DNA of 61,934 nucleotides, filler included, from a bacterium (GTDB taxonomy: Bacteria > JAJRZV01), in NCBI GenBank assembly GCA_024275095.1. It is 4 parts of 4 records of this genome, joined end to end, with 100 filler letters (N's around TTAATTAATTAA, not from the genome) between each part and the next. Parts side by side here need not be neighbours in the genome. Positions count along the whole stretch, not along the records: positions 1 to 16,790 come from JAJRZV010000126.1; positions 16,891 to 40,859 come from JAJRZV010000016.1; 2 more parts are not named here. One strand, given 5' to 3'. Positions within the stretch are counted from its first letter, which is position 1; each line of letters begins with the position of its first letter. The notes under the pieces are model-generated. The model had not been told where the DNA came from. It saw only the letters and a list, made by a program, of their open reading frames with translations, and made no database searches. The translations under genes and the position numbers were made by a program. This document shows, in pieces, positions 10,610-22,100 of the stretch.

Positions 10610-11518
10610 CTACAACCACTTGTCAACAAACAATCCCGCAACGATAAGAACACCAGCGACTGTTTGCGTTTGAATGGTGGTTGCCTGAGAAGCTACGAGT
10701 TTTGGCGGATTGTCGTAGTTTAACCAGAGATTGGATGTAGCCTTAAGCACCGCGGGGACAGTAATCAATGCGGCAAGTGTGTAATACGAATACACTCCGG
10801 AGATGGCGAGACAGATAATGGAAAGGTAAAACAACATCGCTATCATTGCGTAACCGTAACGGGCTCGAGAAAGTCCCAACCTCACGACAAGATTCCTCTT
10901 ACCTGCGCTCGCATCAGCTTCAAAGTCTGGAAACTCATTGACCCACAAAATATCAGTAACGATAAACCCCATGGGCACTCCCATGAGAAAGTAGGCCCAC
11001 GAAAAAACTCCCTCCACCGCATAACCCGTACCCAGGGTAATCAGCGGTCCGAAAGCGAAGAAAATAACTGCTTCACCAATCCCACGGCTCATGAGTTGAA
11101 TCGGCGCCCAGGAATAGAGAAAACCACACAAAAATCCCACCACCCCGAGAGTAAGCACATGGGGGCGTCCCCTGAAAACCAGGATGCCACCGAACACCCC
11201 GGCCATAGCGAAGCAAAAAAGAGCGAGGTGAAGAATTTCGCGTTTTGTCATGAGGCCTTCAAGAACCACACGCGATCCCCCGGAGAAAGGGGTGGGAAAA
11301 CGATTTATCCGGTCGGACCCTTCTGTGTCGAAATAATCATTGATGACATTGGCTCCGAGGTGTAAAAACATCACCCCGAGCACTGCCAGCAAGCTATTCA
11401 AAAGGTCAAAACTTTGCCCGTATACCCATGCCCACGTCACAGCAATAAGCGCCGGTATTACCGAGGCACTGACGAAAGGAAGTCTCAAAGCCCGAACATA
11501 CACACCCGCCTTCTTCAT
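10610..11518 (-). CDS. menA: UbiA-family prenyltransferase, 1,4-dihydroxy-2-naphthoate prenyltransferase-like
   Basis: ANVINDYFD and VNEFPDFEAD aspartate-rich motifs; multi-TM. Confidence 0.8.
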   Translation of the reverse strand: MKKAGVYVRALRLPFVSASVIPALIAVTWAWVYGQSFDLLNSLLAVLGVMFLHLGANVINDYFDTEGSDRINRFPTPFSGGSRVVLEGLMTKREILHLALFCFAMAGVFGGILVFRGRPHVLTLGVVGFLCGFLYSWAPIQLMSRGIGEAVIFFAFGPLITLGTGYAVEGVFSWAYFLMGVPMGFIVTDILWVNEFPDFEADASAGKRNLVVRLGLSRARYGYAMIAMLFYLSIICLAISGVYSYYTLAALITVPAVLKATSNLWLNYDNPPKLVASQATTIQTQTVAGVLIVAGLFVDKWL

Positions 11519-11603
11519 ACCAAAACCTCCGAATCATTAAAAATTCTTCTATAAAATTAGCAACAGCTCTGCAATAGAGTCAATGCCGGCCGTGTCTTCA
11601 ATA

Positions 11604-12443
11604 TCAAAGCATGCTCATGTACCTGCGGAGTGCATCCCGCCACGAAGGGAGCAGCCCGGGTTTGACTTCACTCGCGAGAGCGGAATACCGGGGCCTTTTT
11701 GCTTTTCGCTTGAGATGTGCCCATGTCACTTCACGAATTTGCGCCCGAATGCCTGCAACAGCGAGAATCTCCCTGCCCACCTTCACCCATGAAACAGCGC
11801 CCTCATTTGCCATGTGGATTATGCCCGAAGGTTTCTCGGCGAGTATCCCCAAAATTCCTTTCGCCAGATCAAATGTGAATGTGGGGGAGAGCACGTGATC
11901 CTGAACCAGTGTCACCTCTCCCTTTTCTCGAGCAGCTGTTAGTACAAATAGAACAAAGTTATAGGCTCCTTTCCCTTCAAACGATGGCCCGTAAAGTCCT
12001 GATGTTCTTACTACCAGGGCGGAAGGAGAATTGCTGAGAACCAGGTGCTCTCCCGCAAGCTTGCTCACACCGTAAATGCTCACAGGGAAAGGATGGTCTG
12101 ACTCCACGTATGGACTGTTTTTACCGCCGTCAAACACGTAATCCGTGCTGATATGGATAAAGTAGACGCCCCTTTTATGGCACTCTGCAGCCATAAAACC
12201 CGGAGCCACTGCATTAACAGCGAATGCCTGTAGAGGCCGGTCTTCACATCCATCAACGTCTGTATAAGCAGCACAGTTGATGACCACATCAGGGTTGACT
12301 TCCTCCACTGCTCTGACAAAATCCTCGGTGCGGGTAACATCCACATCTTTTTCGCTTCTTGCTTCCAGAACCACATCATCTGCAGCTACCATTTGAAAAG
12401 CCGTTCCAAGTTGCCCGGTACTTCCCGTTACAAGAACACGCAT
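11604..12443 (-). CDS. rfbD: dTDP-4-dehydrorhamnose reductase
   Basis: GSTGQLG, ISTDYVFDG, YGVSK; ATG 12443 chosen for SD spacing (GTG 12449 alternative). Confidence 0.92.
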   Translation of the reverse strand: MRVLVTGSTGQLGTAFQMVAADDVVLEARSEKDVDVTRTEDFVRAVEEVNPDVVINCAAYTDVDGCEDRPLQAFAVNAVAPGFMAAECHKRGVYFIHISTDYVFDGGKNSPYVESDHPFPVSIYGVSKLAGEHLVLSNSPSALVVRTSGLYGPSFEGKGAYNFVLFVLTAAREKGEVTLVQDHVLSPTFTFDLAKGILGILAEKPSGIIHMANEGAVSWVKVGREILAVAGIRAQIREVTWAHLKRKAKRPRYSALASEVKPGLLPSWRDALRRYMSML

Positions 12444-12541
12444 CAGCACCCCCTACATCCTCAGGCAATAAACATTTATAATTGCATAAATCATCCCTGG
12501 TGTCAGGTCATATTACCAGGGCTACCTGAGGAGGACAAGGC

Positions 12542-13594
12542 GTGAAAAAATGGATAGACAAATACCCGCCGCTTCATGAACGTTCCTACTGGAAGAAAAT
12601 CGTCAAAACATTTAAATATTTCCTTGCGTTTATACCCGTTGCCGGTATTGTCTGCGTGTTTTTCCTCCCCCGTTTTCTCGGTGAAGAAAAAATCGTGCTT
12701 GTGGAAAGAGGCCAGTCTCTCAAATCAGTTGCTCAGGTGCTCGAGAAGGAGAAGCTGATAATTGACGACCGCCTTTTCACCGTCGCCGGCCGCATTATGG
12801 GTCTCAGCAAACACATTCAGGCAGGAGAATACCTCATTTCCCCGTTAGAACCGCCTTACAAAATTCTCAGAAAACTTGCACGGGGAGAGGCCCTGCTTCA
12901 TAAGGTTGTTATACCTGAGGGTTCCAACCTCTTCGATATTGCCAGCGCTCTCGAAAAAGCAGGGGTCTGCAGCGGAAAAGAATTTCTCAAGAAAGCCACT
13001 GACAGAAAATTTTTACAGACACTGGGTATCAAGGCTGCAAGCGCAGAAGGTTTCCTGTTTCCGGATACGTATTACTTCCGCCGGGGCACATCACCAGAGG
13101 AAGTCATATCACGCATGGTTGACAACTTCCGAACACGCATCACACCTTCCATGAAAAAAAGGTTGAAAGAACTCGGCTTTTCGCTTTTCGAAATCATTAC
13201 GCTCGCGAGCATCATCGAAAAAGAAACAAGCATAGACAAAGAGCGACCCCTGGTCTCTGCAGTATTTCACAATCGGCTGAAACTGAACATGCCTCTTCAG
13301 GCGGATCCCACGGTCATATACGGGCTTAAAAAATTCGGCCAGCGACTGAGAAAAGCCGACCTTCGTTCACGCAATCCATACAACACGTATATCTATCGGG
13401 GGTTGCCTCCGGGACCAATCTGCAACCCGGGACTCAAATCCATACATGCAGCACTTTACCCGGCTGACGCAGATTACCTCTATTTCGTCTCAAAAAATGA
13501 CGGAACACACGACTTTTCACGCACACTGCGAGAACACAATCGAAAGGTCTACGAATACCAGATCAAACCCTATCTACAAAAGCGCAGACAGTAA
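12542..13594 (+). CDS. mltG: Endolytic murein transglycosylase MltG
   Basis: EGFLFPDTY, LASIIEKET, LQADPT, GLPPGPICNPG. Confidence 0.95.
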   Translation: MKKWIDKYPPLHERSYWKKIVKTFKYFLAFIPVAGIVCVFFLPRFLGEEKIVLVERGQSLKSVAQVLEKEKLIIDDRLFTVAGRIMGLSKHIQAGEYLISPLEPPYKILRKLARGEALLHKVVIPEGSNLFDIASALEKAGVCSGKEFLKKATDRKFLQTLGIKAASAEGFLFPDTYYFRRGTSPEEVISRMVDNFRTRITPSMKKRLKELGFSLFEIITLASIIEKETSIDKERPLVSAVFHNRLKLNMPLQADPTVIYGLKKFGQRLRKADLRSRNPYNTYIYRGLPPGPICNPGLKSIHAALYPADADYLYFVSKNDGTHDFSRTLREHNRKVYEYQIKPYLQKRRQ

Positions 13595-13596
13595 AC

Positions 13597-14118
13597 TTAA
13601 CTCTTCTGTTCGTTTTTACACCGGCGGTAATACTCGAATATACGACCAGTCGTTTTCACTCCCACACCCCTGGGCCATGGCTCGCCTCTTGAGAACGCAC
13701 CGGACGCTATGTCCCCCGCGATGAGAGCTGCCCTGGACGGGCCGATGCCGGGAATAGTTGAAAGTTCACGCACAGAGGCATCTCTCAAGCACTTTTTTAA
13801 TCCGAGTGCGCGCAGCACTTGTACGTGCATTGGTTTCTGCCCGGGTTGCTCATCAGGATAAGGCACATACGCGCGACAACCGTTACACACTTCTACATTC
13901 TTTTCGAGGTCCACCGGCACCACGAGTCCGCTTCCACAGGCAATCAGGTCTGAAAAATGAGGTTTTTCGGTGAAAGTACAAATTAAAGGTTCAACGACAT
14001 TTCCCTCCACACGTGCAATAAAAATTTTCTCCGGAGAAGGAGCTATGACAAGGCGTGTTAACGACCACAAACTGCCCAGCACAGCAATGCAGAGCGGAAA
14101 AAGAAAACCCAAATTCAA
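13597..14118 (-). CDS. Membrane-anchored helix-hairpin-helix protein, ComEA-like
   Basis: N-terminal TM; ELSTIPGIGPSRA and PRGVGVKT HhH motifs; start moved to in-frame TTG just past the cimA stop (uncertain). Confidence 0.6.
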   Translation of the reverse strand: MNLGFLFPLCIAVLGSLWSLTRLVIAPSPEKIFIARVEGNVVEPLICTFTEKPHFSDLIACGSGLVVPVDLEKNVEVCNGCRAYVPYPDEQPGQKPMHVQVLRALGLKKCLRDASVRELSTIPGIGPSRAALIAGDIASGAFSRGEPWPRGVGVKTTGRIFEYYRRCKNEQKS

Positions 14119-14123
14119 AAATT

Positions 14124-15725
14124 TCAGGTTTTCTTTCTCTGTCGTCTGCGCTTTTCCTTGTTGAGCTTGTACTCCACGCTGTCCAGAAGAGCCTGCCATG
14201 ATGCTTCGATAATATTTTGACTCACTCCCACGGTGGTCCAGGTTTCCTCTCCGTCTCCCGAGACAATAAGCACGCGCACCACAGATGCTGTGCCTTTGCC
14301 CTCGGGAATAACCCTCACCTTGAAATCTTCGAGTTTCAATTCTCGAAGTTCAGGGTAAAACTTCTCAAGCGCTTTCCTCAACGCGTTGTCCAGTGCATTA
14401 ACTGGACCGTTGCCTTCAGCAGCAGTGTGTTCTACATTGCCGTCCACTTCGACCATAATCGTGGCCTCCGAACGAGGCGGCTCACCCAATCTTGTTTTTT
14501 CATCAATTACCCTGAACCCCCGGAACCTGAAAAAGCGCCGCATGCGCCGTTTTACTCGCCGAATGAAAAGTTCCAGGGAAGCATCCGCACCCTCAAACTG
14601 GTAGCCTTCAGATTCCAGCTCTTTAATTCGTTCAAGTATCTTGGCGAGCTGTGGATCCTCCTCACTCAAATCCAGCCCCAGTTCCCTGGCTTTGAGAACA
14701 AGATTACTGCGTCCTGCAAGGTCGGAAACAATAATACGATTCTGATTACCCACAAGAGAAGGATCTATGTGCTCATAGGTGGTGGGGTCCTTGAGCACTG
14801 CACTTGCGTGGATACCACCCTTGTGTGCAAACGCGTTGTCACCTACATAAGGTTGATGTTTGTCTGGAGGAAGATTGGCCATTTCGTAAACAAAAATGGA
14901 CACCTCTCTTAACTTTCTAAGATCCCTTGAATCCAGGCACCTGTAACCCATCTTCAACTGAAGATCGGGGATAATGGCACACAAATCTGCATTGCCACAG
15001 CGTTCACCAATACCGTTAATCGTACCCTGAACGTGGACAACACCCGCGCGCACGGCTGCGATACTGTTGGCCACCGCGAGACCACCATCGTTGTGCGCAT
15101 GGATACCAAGGGGTACGTTCACTTCTTTTGCCGTGTCCTTAACGATTTCTTCAATCTCCCAGGGCAAAGAACCTCCATTGGTGTCACACAGCACAATGAC
15201 ATCCACACCAGCCTCTACAGCAACTTTCAAACACTTTAAAGCATAGGCGCGGTTGGATTTAAACCCGTCAAAATAGTGTTCTGGATCGAAAATGACCATG
15301 TCTGCACGCTTTTTCAGATACGCAATGGTGTCACTGATCATTCTCAGGTTCTCATCAAGCGAAGTTCTCAGTGCTTTTGTGACGTGAAAATCCCAGGTTT
15401 TACCGACAATGGTAAAAACGCCAACATCCGCTTCCAAAAGGGCACGAACGTTCGAGTCTTTCTCTACCTTTACACGCGGACGCCTGGTGGAACCAAAAGC
15501 GGCAATGCGACACTTGCGCAAATTTAGCGATTTTACCTCACGGAAATAGCTGGCATCCTTGGGATTGGAGCCCGGCCAGCCGCCCTCCACGAAATGGATC
15601 CCCAGATCGTCCAGGACTTCGGTAATTTTCAGTTTGTCGTGAAGTGAGAATGAAACGTCTGCAGCCTGAGCGCCGTCGCGCAGGGTTGTATCGTAAACGT
15701 AAATACGCCTGGACCTGGGAGACAT
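14124..15725 (-). CDS. cimA: (R)-citramalate synthase
   Basis: [41 protein letters not shown]. Confidence 0.92.
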   Translation of the reverse strand: MSPRSRRIYVYDTTLRDGAQAADVSFSLHDKLKITEVLDDLGIHFVEGGWPGSNPKDASYFREVKSLNLRKCRIAAFGSTRRPRVKVEKDSNVRALLEADVGVFTIVGKTWDFHVTKALRTSLDENLRMISDTIAYLKKRADMVIFDPEHYFDGFKSNRAYALKCLKVAVEAGVDVIVLCDTNGGSLPWEIEEIVKDTAKEVNVPLGIHAHNDGGLAVANSIAAVRAGVVHVQGTINGIGERCGNADLCAIIPDLQLKMGYRCLDSRDLRKLREVSIFVYEMANLPPDKHQPYVGDNAFAHKGGIHASAVLKDPTTYEHIDPSLVGNQNRIIVSDLAGRSNLVLKARELGLDLSEEDPQLAKILERIKELESEGYQFEGADASLELFIRRVKRRMRRFFRFRGFRVIDEKTRLGEPPRSEATIMVEVDGNVEHTAAEGNGPVNALDNALRKALEKFYPELRELKLEDFKVRVIPEGKGTASVVRVLIVSGDGEETWTTVGVSQNIIEASWQALLDSVEYKLNKEKRRRQRKKT

Positions 15726-16790
15726 TATCCACGGTCAAGGCCAAAGGCGCTGTGAAGCACCCTGACAGCCAGTTCGGTGTATTTGTCTTCGATAACACAG
15801 GAAATCTTGATTTCCGAGGTGCTGATCATCAAGATGTTAATTCCTTCACGGGCGAGTGTTTCAAACATTTTAGAAGCAACGCCTGAGTGACTTCTCATGC
15901 CCAGACCCACAATCGAAACCTTGGCAATGTTTTCATCGGCGATCACATCTGCTGCACCAATTTCCTCCGCCACTTTTTTCACCGTATCCAGAGCTCTGCC
16001 CAACTCCGTCTTGGGAACCGTGAACGTAAGATCCGTATATCCTTCAACGCTCACGTTCTGAATGATCATGTCCACCAGAATGTTCTGGTCCGCGAGCGGA
16101 CCAAATATCTTTGCTGCAATCCCCGGTCTGTCAGGCACCCGCATGACGGTAATTTTTGCCTCCTTCTTATCGTAAGTCACCGCGGAAACAACCTGTTCTT
16201 CCATCTCGTCATCCTCCTTCACGACCCAGGTCCCTTCTCCTTTGGAGAAAGTGGACCTGACGTGTATTGGAAGGTTGTATTTCATTGCGATCTCTACTGA
16301 ACGGTGCATAAGCACCTTGGCACCGAGAGAAGCCATCTCCAGCATTTCTTCGTAAGCAAGCCTTTCAATCTTGCGAGCCTTCTCGCACACATTGGGATCG
16401 GTTGTAAAAACGCCCTCTACATCCGTGTATATCTCACACACATCGGCCCCCACCGCCGCCGCCACCGCTACTGCCGTTGTATCTGATCCTCCACGCCCCA
16501 GGGTTGTAATCCGCCCATCGCCTGCAATCCCCTGAAATCCCGCGACAACAGGAATAATGCCCTGTGCAACGTCACGCAGCAGATTGCTTTTCTCTATCTC
16601 CACTATCCGTGCCTTTGCGTGCGCGCCATCGGTTTTAATGGGCACCTGTAAACCAAGATAGGAACGTGACTTCATCCCGAGTTCCTGGATGGCCATGGCC
16701 AGAAGCCCAATGGATACCTGTTCTCCAGACGAGACAACCACATCGTACTCACACGGATCGGGCTTGCTTGATATATCATTCGCAAGACCC
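15725..16790 (-). CDS. lysC: Aspartate kinase, 5' end cut off by contig end
   Basis: [17 protein letters not shown], two ACT domains; frame stays open ([17 protein letters not shown]) to the gap; TAATG overlap with cimA. Confidence 0.95.
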
Positions 16791-16890
16791 NNNNNNNNNN
16801 NNNNNNNNNNNNNNNNNNNNNNNNNNNNNNNNNNTTAATTAATTAANNNNNNNNNNNNNNNNNNNNNNNNNNNNNNNNNNNNNNNNNNNN
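16791..16890. other. Artificial contig spacer
   Basis: 44 N + TTAATTAATTAA (stops in all six frames) + 44 N. Confidence 0.98.
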
Positions 16891-17879
16891 GCGCTCACAT
16901 CATCAGTACAGGGATGTACGTACCCCCGAAAGTCATCACCAACAAGGATCTGGAAAAACTCATGGACACGTCTGACGAATGGATTGTGGAAAGAACCGGC
17001 ATTCGAGAAAGACGATTTGTCGAAGAAGGAATGGGAAATTTCGACATGGCTTACGAAGCTTCCATAATGGCTCTGAAAAATGCAGGACTCACTGTAGATG
17101 ACATTGACTTCATTATTTATGCTACGCTCAGTCCAGACTACTGCTTTCCTGGCTCCGGAGTGCTTCTTCAGCACAAGCTTGGTTGCAAAACGATCGGTGC
17201 TATGGATGTGAGAAATCAGTGTTCAGGATTTATATATTCACTTGCTGCAGCAGATGCCTTCATACGCGCAGGTTATTACAAATACATCCTTGTCGTGGGT
17301 TCAGAAATTCACAGCACAGGGCTCGACCTTACGACGCAAGGTAGAGATGTTTCCGTTATTTTCGGCGACGGCGCCGGAGCAGCAATCATTGGACCAATCG
17401 AAGATAAAAACAGAGGAATTCTTTCATGTCACCTGCACTCCCAGGGGGAGTTTGCAAAGGAACTCTGGACAGAAGCTCCAGCAAGCATTTACCACCCCCG
17501 CATCACGCATGAAATGCTTGACGAAGGACGTCACTATCCCAAAATGAACGGGCGCTTTGTGTTCAAACACGCTGTGACCCGGTTTCCTGAGGTTATCAAA
17601 GAAGCACTTGAAGCCAACAACTATTCCATAAATGACCTTGACCTTCTCATTCCCCATCAGGCCAATCTCCGAATATCTCAGTTCGTAGCAAAATCGCTCG
17701 GGCTTTCGGATGAGAAAGTCTTTAACAATATTCAAAAATACGGCAATACCACTGCCGCCTCCATACCCATTGCACTACATGAAGCACTGGAGGAAGGAAG
17801 AATTAAAGAAGGGAGTCTCGTGTGCCTGGCCGCGTTCGGTTCAGGTTTCACCTGGGCTTCTGCACTGTTGAGATGGTAA
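16891..17879 (+). CDS. fabH: 3-oxoacyl-ACP synthase III, missing first few codons
   Basis: Catalytic NQCSGF, PHQAN, GNTTAAS; frame open upstream of 16914 (AHIISTG). Confidence 0.93.
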
Positions 17880-17946
17880 TACGGAGATAACCGAGGCTCT
17901 ACAAAATATTGTTAAGCAGCTATTCTTACCTTTTCTCACATTCTGG

Positions 17947-18876
17947 TTACTTCGATTCAGTATCCTGCGCACAACGAAACCCGAGGAAAACCCCCCTGTA
18001 CGTGGGAAAAAGCCAGTACCGGTTGGAAACTCGTAGATGTCGTTGCACCTCGTACCACCAGGAACCACCACGCAAAATGCGATACTTCCCGGCAGAAGGT
18101 CCTTGAGGATTACGGAGAGGTGAATGCTGGTAATAATTTGAACTGTACCAATCGGCAACCCACTCCCATACATTACCCGTCATGTCACATAAACCATAAG
18201 GAGAATTACCCAAAGGTTTACTGCACACCGGCCATGTGCTCTTCCTGCCGCAACCGGGAACCTTTTGGTACATTTCGTACATTACTGCATATTTACATGA
18301 AGCTCCGGCATCACCCCACGGATACACCCTTCCATCCGTACCACGTGCCGCCTTTTCCCACTCGGCCTCCGTTGGAAGACGTTTCCCGGCCCATCTGCAA
18401 TATCTGTCAGCTTCATACCAGCTCACACAATTAACAGGGTGTTTTTCCTTTCCGGGTTTCCCCCAGTTACAGTATTCGCCGTGTTCGCCTTTGCCAGGTA
18501 TTTTGCATACACCCTCCCGCACGCACAGTCGATACTGCTCCACTGTCACCTCGTGGCGGTCTATCCAGTATCCGTCAAGGTACACTCTGTGATACGGCCT
18601 TTCGTCGGAGTCGCATTTCCTATCCTCAGGTGCACAGCCCATCATGAATTCTCCCGGTGGTATGTAAACCATTTCAGCATTATCCCTGCCTCTCTTTTCA
18701 ACCCTGGATTGCGTTGTTTTTGGAAACAATCCTTTACTCTTTTTCACAGACCTGCCTGCTATCCTTTCCACATTGCTCAGCGTGAAAAGATCATTTATGG
18801 TATCTCCTGCTTCACCCCAGGCTGTACAGGCGTACACAAATATAAAAACCGCATTAATCCATGCTTTCATCATCAA
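17947..18876 (-). CDS. Secreted formylglycine-generating-enzyme (FGE-sulfatase/SUMF1) domain protein
   Basis: Signal peptide; RLPTEAEWEKAARG, GLCDMTGNVWEW, RGGSW, GFRCA. Confidence 0.92.
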   Translation of the reverse strand: MMMKAWINAVFIFVYACTAWGEAGDTINDLFTLSNVERIAGRSVKKSKGLFPKTTQSRVEKRGRDNAEMVYIPPGEFMMGCAPEDRKCDSDERPYHRVYLDGYWIDRHEVTVEQYRLCVREGVCKIPGKGEHGEYCNWGKPGKEKHPVNCVSWYEADRYCRWAGKRLPTEAEWEKAARGTDGRVYPWGDAGASCKYAVMYEMYQKVPGCGRKSTWPVCSKPLGNSPYGLCDMTGNVWEWVADWYSSNYYQHSPLRNPQGPSAGKYRILRGGSWWYEVQRHLRVSNRYWLFPTYRGVFLGFRCAQDTESK

Positions 18877-19143
18877 CAGGCACCTCGATCCTTATCCTTA
18901 ATATTTGAAATCCTCGAGCAAGAAATGGATACACACAAAAAGGTATTCATAGGCATCATTACCAAAATTTATAACTGTGAAAGCAGTTAACCACACCTCA
19001 AGGATCACGGACATTCAGCGCCATACCATCTGATTTTGAATTTCCCTGTTATCATTTTCAAGTCGCACCTGCTCAAATGGTACTCTATCATTTACTTATT
19101 ACTCCATGCTGTATAGAATTTTCATTCATTCTCGGGGGATGCT

Positions 19144-22100
19144 ATGGAAGATATTTTAAATAGAGCTCAGCTCATTTCTTCACCTGTCGAGCGTTCAACT
19201 TTTTTGCTTATAAAAGGCATAGAAAGGCTGCAGGAAGGCAATCCTCAGGAAGCAAAGAAATTTTTCGAAGAAAGTCTCAGCGTTCACCCTGATAACAGCG
19301 CCGCTCGCACGCATTTGTTTGCACTTCTTGTAAAGGACCAGGATGTGGACACTGCAGAAGCACTTTTAAGAGCCGCACCTGACTTCAATACAAATGAAAG
19401 ATGGAAATACATGCTTGCGGTCCTGTTATTCAGACAGGGAAATAAACTTGAGGAAGCGTTGAACATAACCGCAGAACTTGGAGAAAGGCACCCTTCTCTT
19501 CTCGCAACAGCCGCCACAAGTCTGGACAGGCATAAAAGAGGAGATCTGCTTGTAGATTTTGTACTCAAACACCTCGAACAATTTGCAGGAGACATTCGTC
19601 GCTATGTACTCGAACGTGCTCTCAAGTATGCGTGGAATGAGAAAAAAGACGAGAACACCACCGCCACGCTCTTGAAAGCCGTTTTTTCTGCAGGCGACCC
19701 TCATCCTGCTTTCCTCCATAATGCCCTTGAATGGGCTGCTCATACAGGACAGTGGGCAAAAGTTCAGGAATTGCTCATGCAGGCGGCTGAAAATACAGAC
19801 GACGAAAAAGAAAAAGCTCTGCTACTCATGTCAGCTGGAGAAATCGCTGAAGTACACCTGAAAAATGTTCAATCAGCTCTGGAGGCATACACAAGTTCTG
19901 CAAAACTTTATCCATCAAGGGAAGTGTTCAACCGCATCATCATCCTGTGTGAACACGAAGGTGACGAGAACACTAAGAAAGAATTTCTCCGGGAATGGAT
20001 CAAAATCTTCCCCGAGGATCCTGAACCCCGGTACGAACTATCGCGCATTTTTTACCGGGCTGGAGAGCTTTCCACAGCAGCTGAGCTCCTTGTTCCCGTC
20101 GCAGGTGCTGACCCAGTAATAGCCCGTTTTTACCTCCGCATACTGGAAGACGAAGGCCGATGGAAGGATGCAGCAGAATTTCTGCGTCAATACCTGGACA
20201 CTTTAGAAAAAGGCGAAACGCGCGAGTCATTCATCATTCAACTTGCAGAAATTCTCGTGCATCACCTTTCTGATTATGAAACCGCTGAGTCACTTCTAAA
20301 ACCCCTACTTGAATCAGAACACGTTAATCCACAGGGCCTGTCAATACTTGCATTTATTTACCGGGAAAAAAACAAATGGTCAGACCTCGTAAAAGTCCTT
20401 GACCGGCTCCTGGCAGCTACCACTGATCCCAAGGAAACGATTTCCTATCTCATGCAAAAGGGTGAAATTTACGAGTTCAGGCTCATGGACACGGATTCCG
20501 CTCTCAAGTGTTATCAGGAACTGTATGAAATTGCACCAGGTCACCTGCCCGTGCTCGATGCCCTGAGAAGGCTCTACAGAAAAAAGAAAGAATGGAAAAG
20601 GTTGCTGTGGGTTAACGACTCCAAAATAAGCCTTATCACAGACCCGGCGGAACACATGGCTCTCATCCGTGAAAACGCAGAAATAGCCCTTCACGGGTTA
20701 AAAGATATGGAAAAATTTGAAGGATATCTTGAACAGGTTGTCAGCTATGCTCCCTCTGACCTGGATGCACTTTCAGCACTCTTTGCGCTTGCTGAAAAAA
20801 ATAGCGACAAAGAAAAAATGCTTGATGTACTCAAACGCATAGAAGAGAGTGAGCTCTCCACGGACATAAAAAAAAGAGCAATTGCTCTCCAGATTCTGCT
20901 TCTGTTGAGAGAAAACGTCAGTTCTGCATGGGAATGTGCTTCACGCTTACTTGAGGCGAATCCCTCCACGGAACTGGAATGGCGTGCACTGTGGGCATGT
21001 GCCACAGCGGCTGGACAGGAAGAAAAACTCGCCATTGAAGCAGTAAAGTTACTGCCCCAGATATCTCTTGAATATCTCAGGCGTAACGTGGCACTGGCTG
21101 CAGCAGGTGTTCTTGATGCTATGGGCAATAAAAACGCAGCACTGGAGGCACTGAAAAGCAGCAACCTCAGCACACAGGACCTCAGCGCGAAACTCGAGAG
21201 CATGTACTGTGGTGAAAACGAAGAACTTTACTCGTGGGTCTCACCCATGGAATTTCGAAGTGAGTTTTTGAAAAAATGGAAAAATTATACTTCCTATCTC
21301 CATGAAGACGCCCCACCCCACTCTGCATTAAAAAGCGAAGACGATATCCTCTTCGCACTGCTCCTCGCACTCGATGCCCGAGCCGAAGAGGGTGCACGGG
21401 TAGAGGCACTGCAACGTATTACCGCAGAAAACGAAAAACGGATGCTGTTGCCCGCCGTAGGATTGCTTGAAGAAAAAAGGGAAGTACTTGAAAACCTTCC
21501 GTGGGACAGTATCACCTCTGCAGAAGCCGCGTCCGTAGAAACAGAAGGACTCATATTAGACCAGATACAGCTCATTGAAAAAAGCCTGGAAGTGTTGCGT
21601 CAGAAAGAAGCCGTACAGGAAGAAAACCTCATCGCTCTCTCACTTCACCTTCAATCTGCAAACAGACTGGATGAAGCCCTGAAACTTCTTGAAGAAATAA
21701 ACCGTCCCGAACTTCGACCACAGGCTCTCATCACGGGAGCACAGATGCTGGAAAAGGCACAGCGGTTTCAGGAGAGTGCACGCTGGCTTGCAAAAGCGTG
21801 TGAACTCGTAAAAGAACCTGAACGACGAAAAGAAACCCTGCACAAACTTCTCGTCATCCAGACTGAAAAACTTGCAGCTCCAGAAGAAGCTGCATCCACG
21901 GCAATCTCATATCTACAGGAGTTCCCCGGAGACATGGAGATTGTAACGACCGTCACGGACACGTTCAAAAAGCAGGGAAAAACTGAAGAAGCAATAGATT
22001 TTATAGTGAATGTCACTGACCACTTCCCTGAGGAGGAAATTCGGGCATTGCTTTTTACAAGCGCCGCCGACCTGGCGGAAAAAGAACTCAACAACCCGGA

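Noticed and set aside
17947-18080. FGE/CLec C-terminus as a diversity-generating retroelement variable repeat
   Set aside because: The fold is a known DGR target, but I saw no template repeat, reverse transcriptase or downstream hairpin in the window; a genome-wide BLASTN of this segment would be needed.
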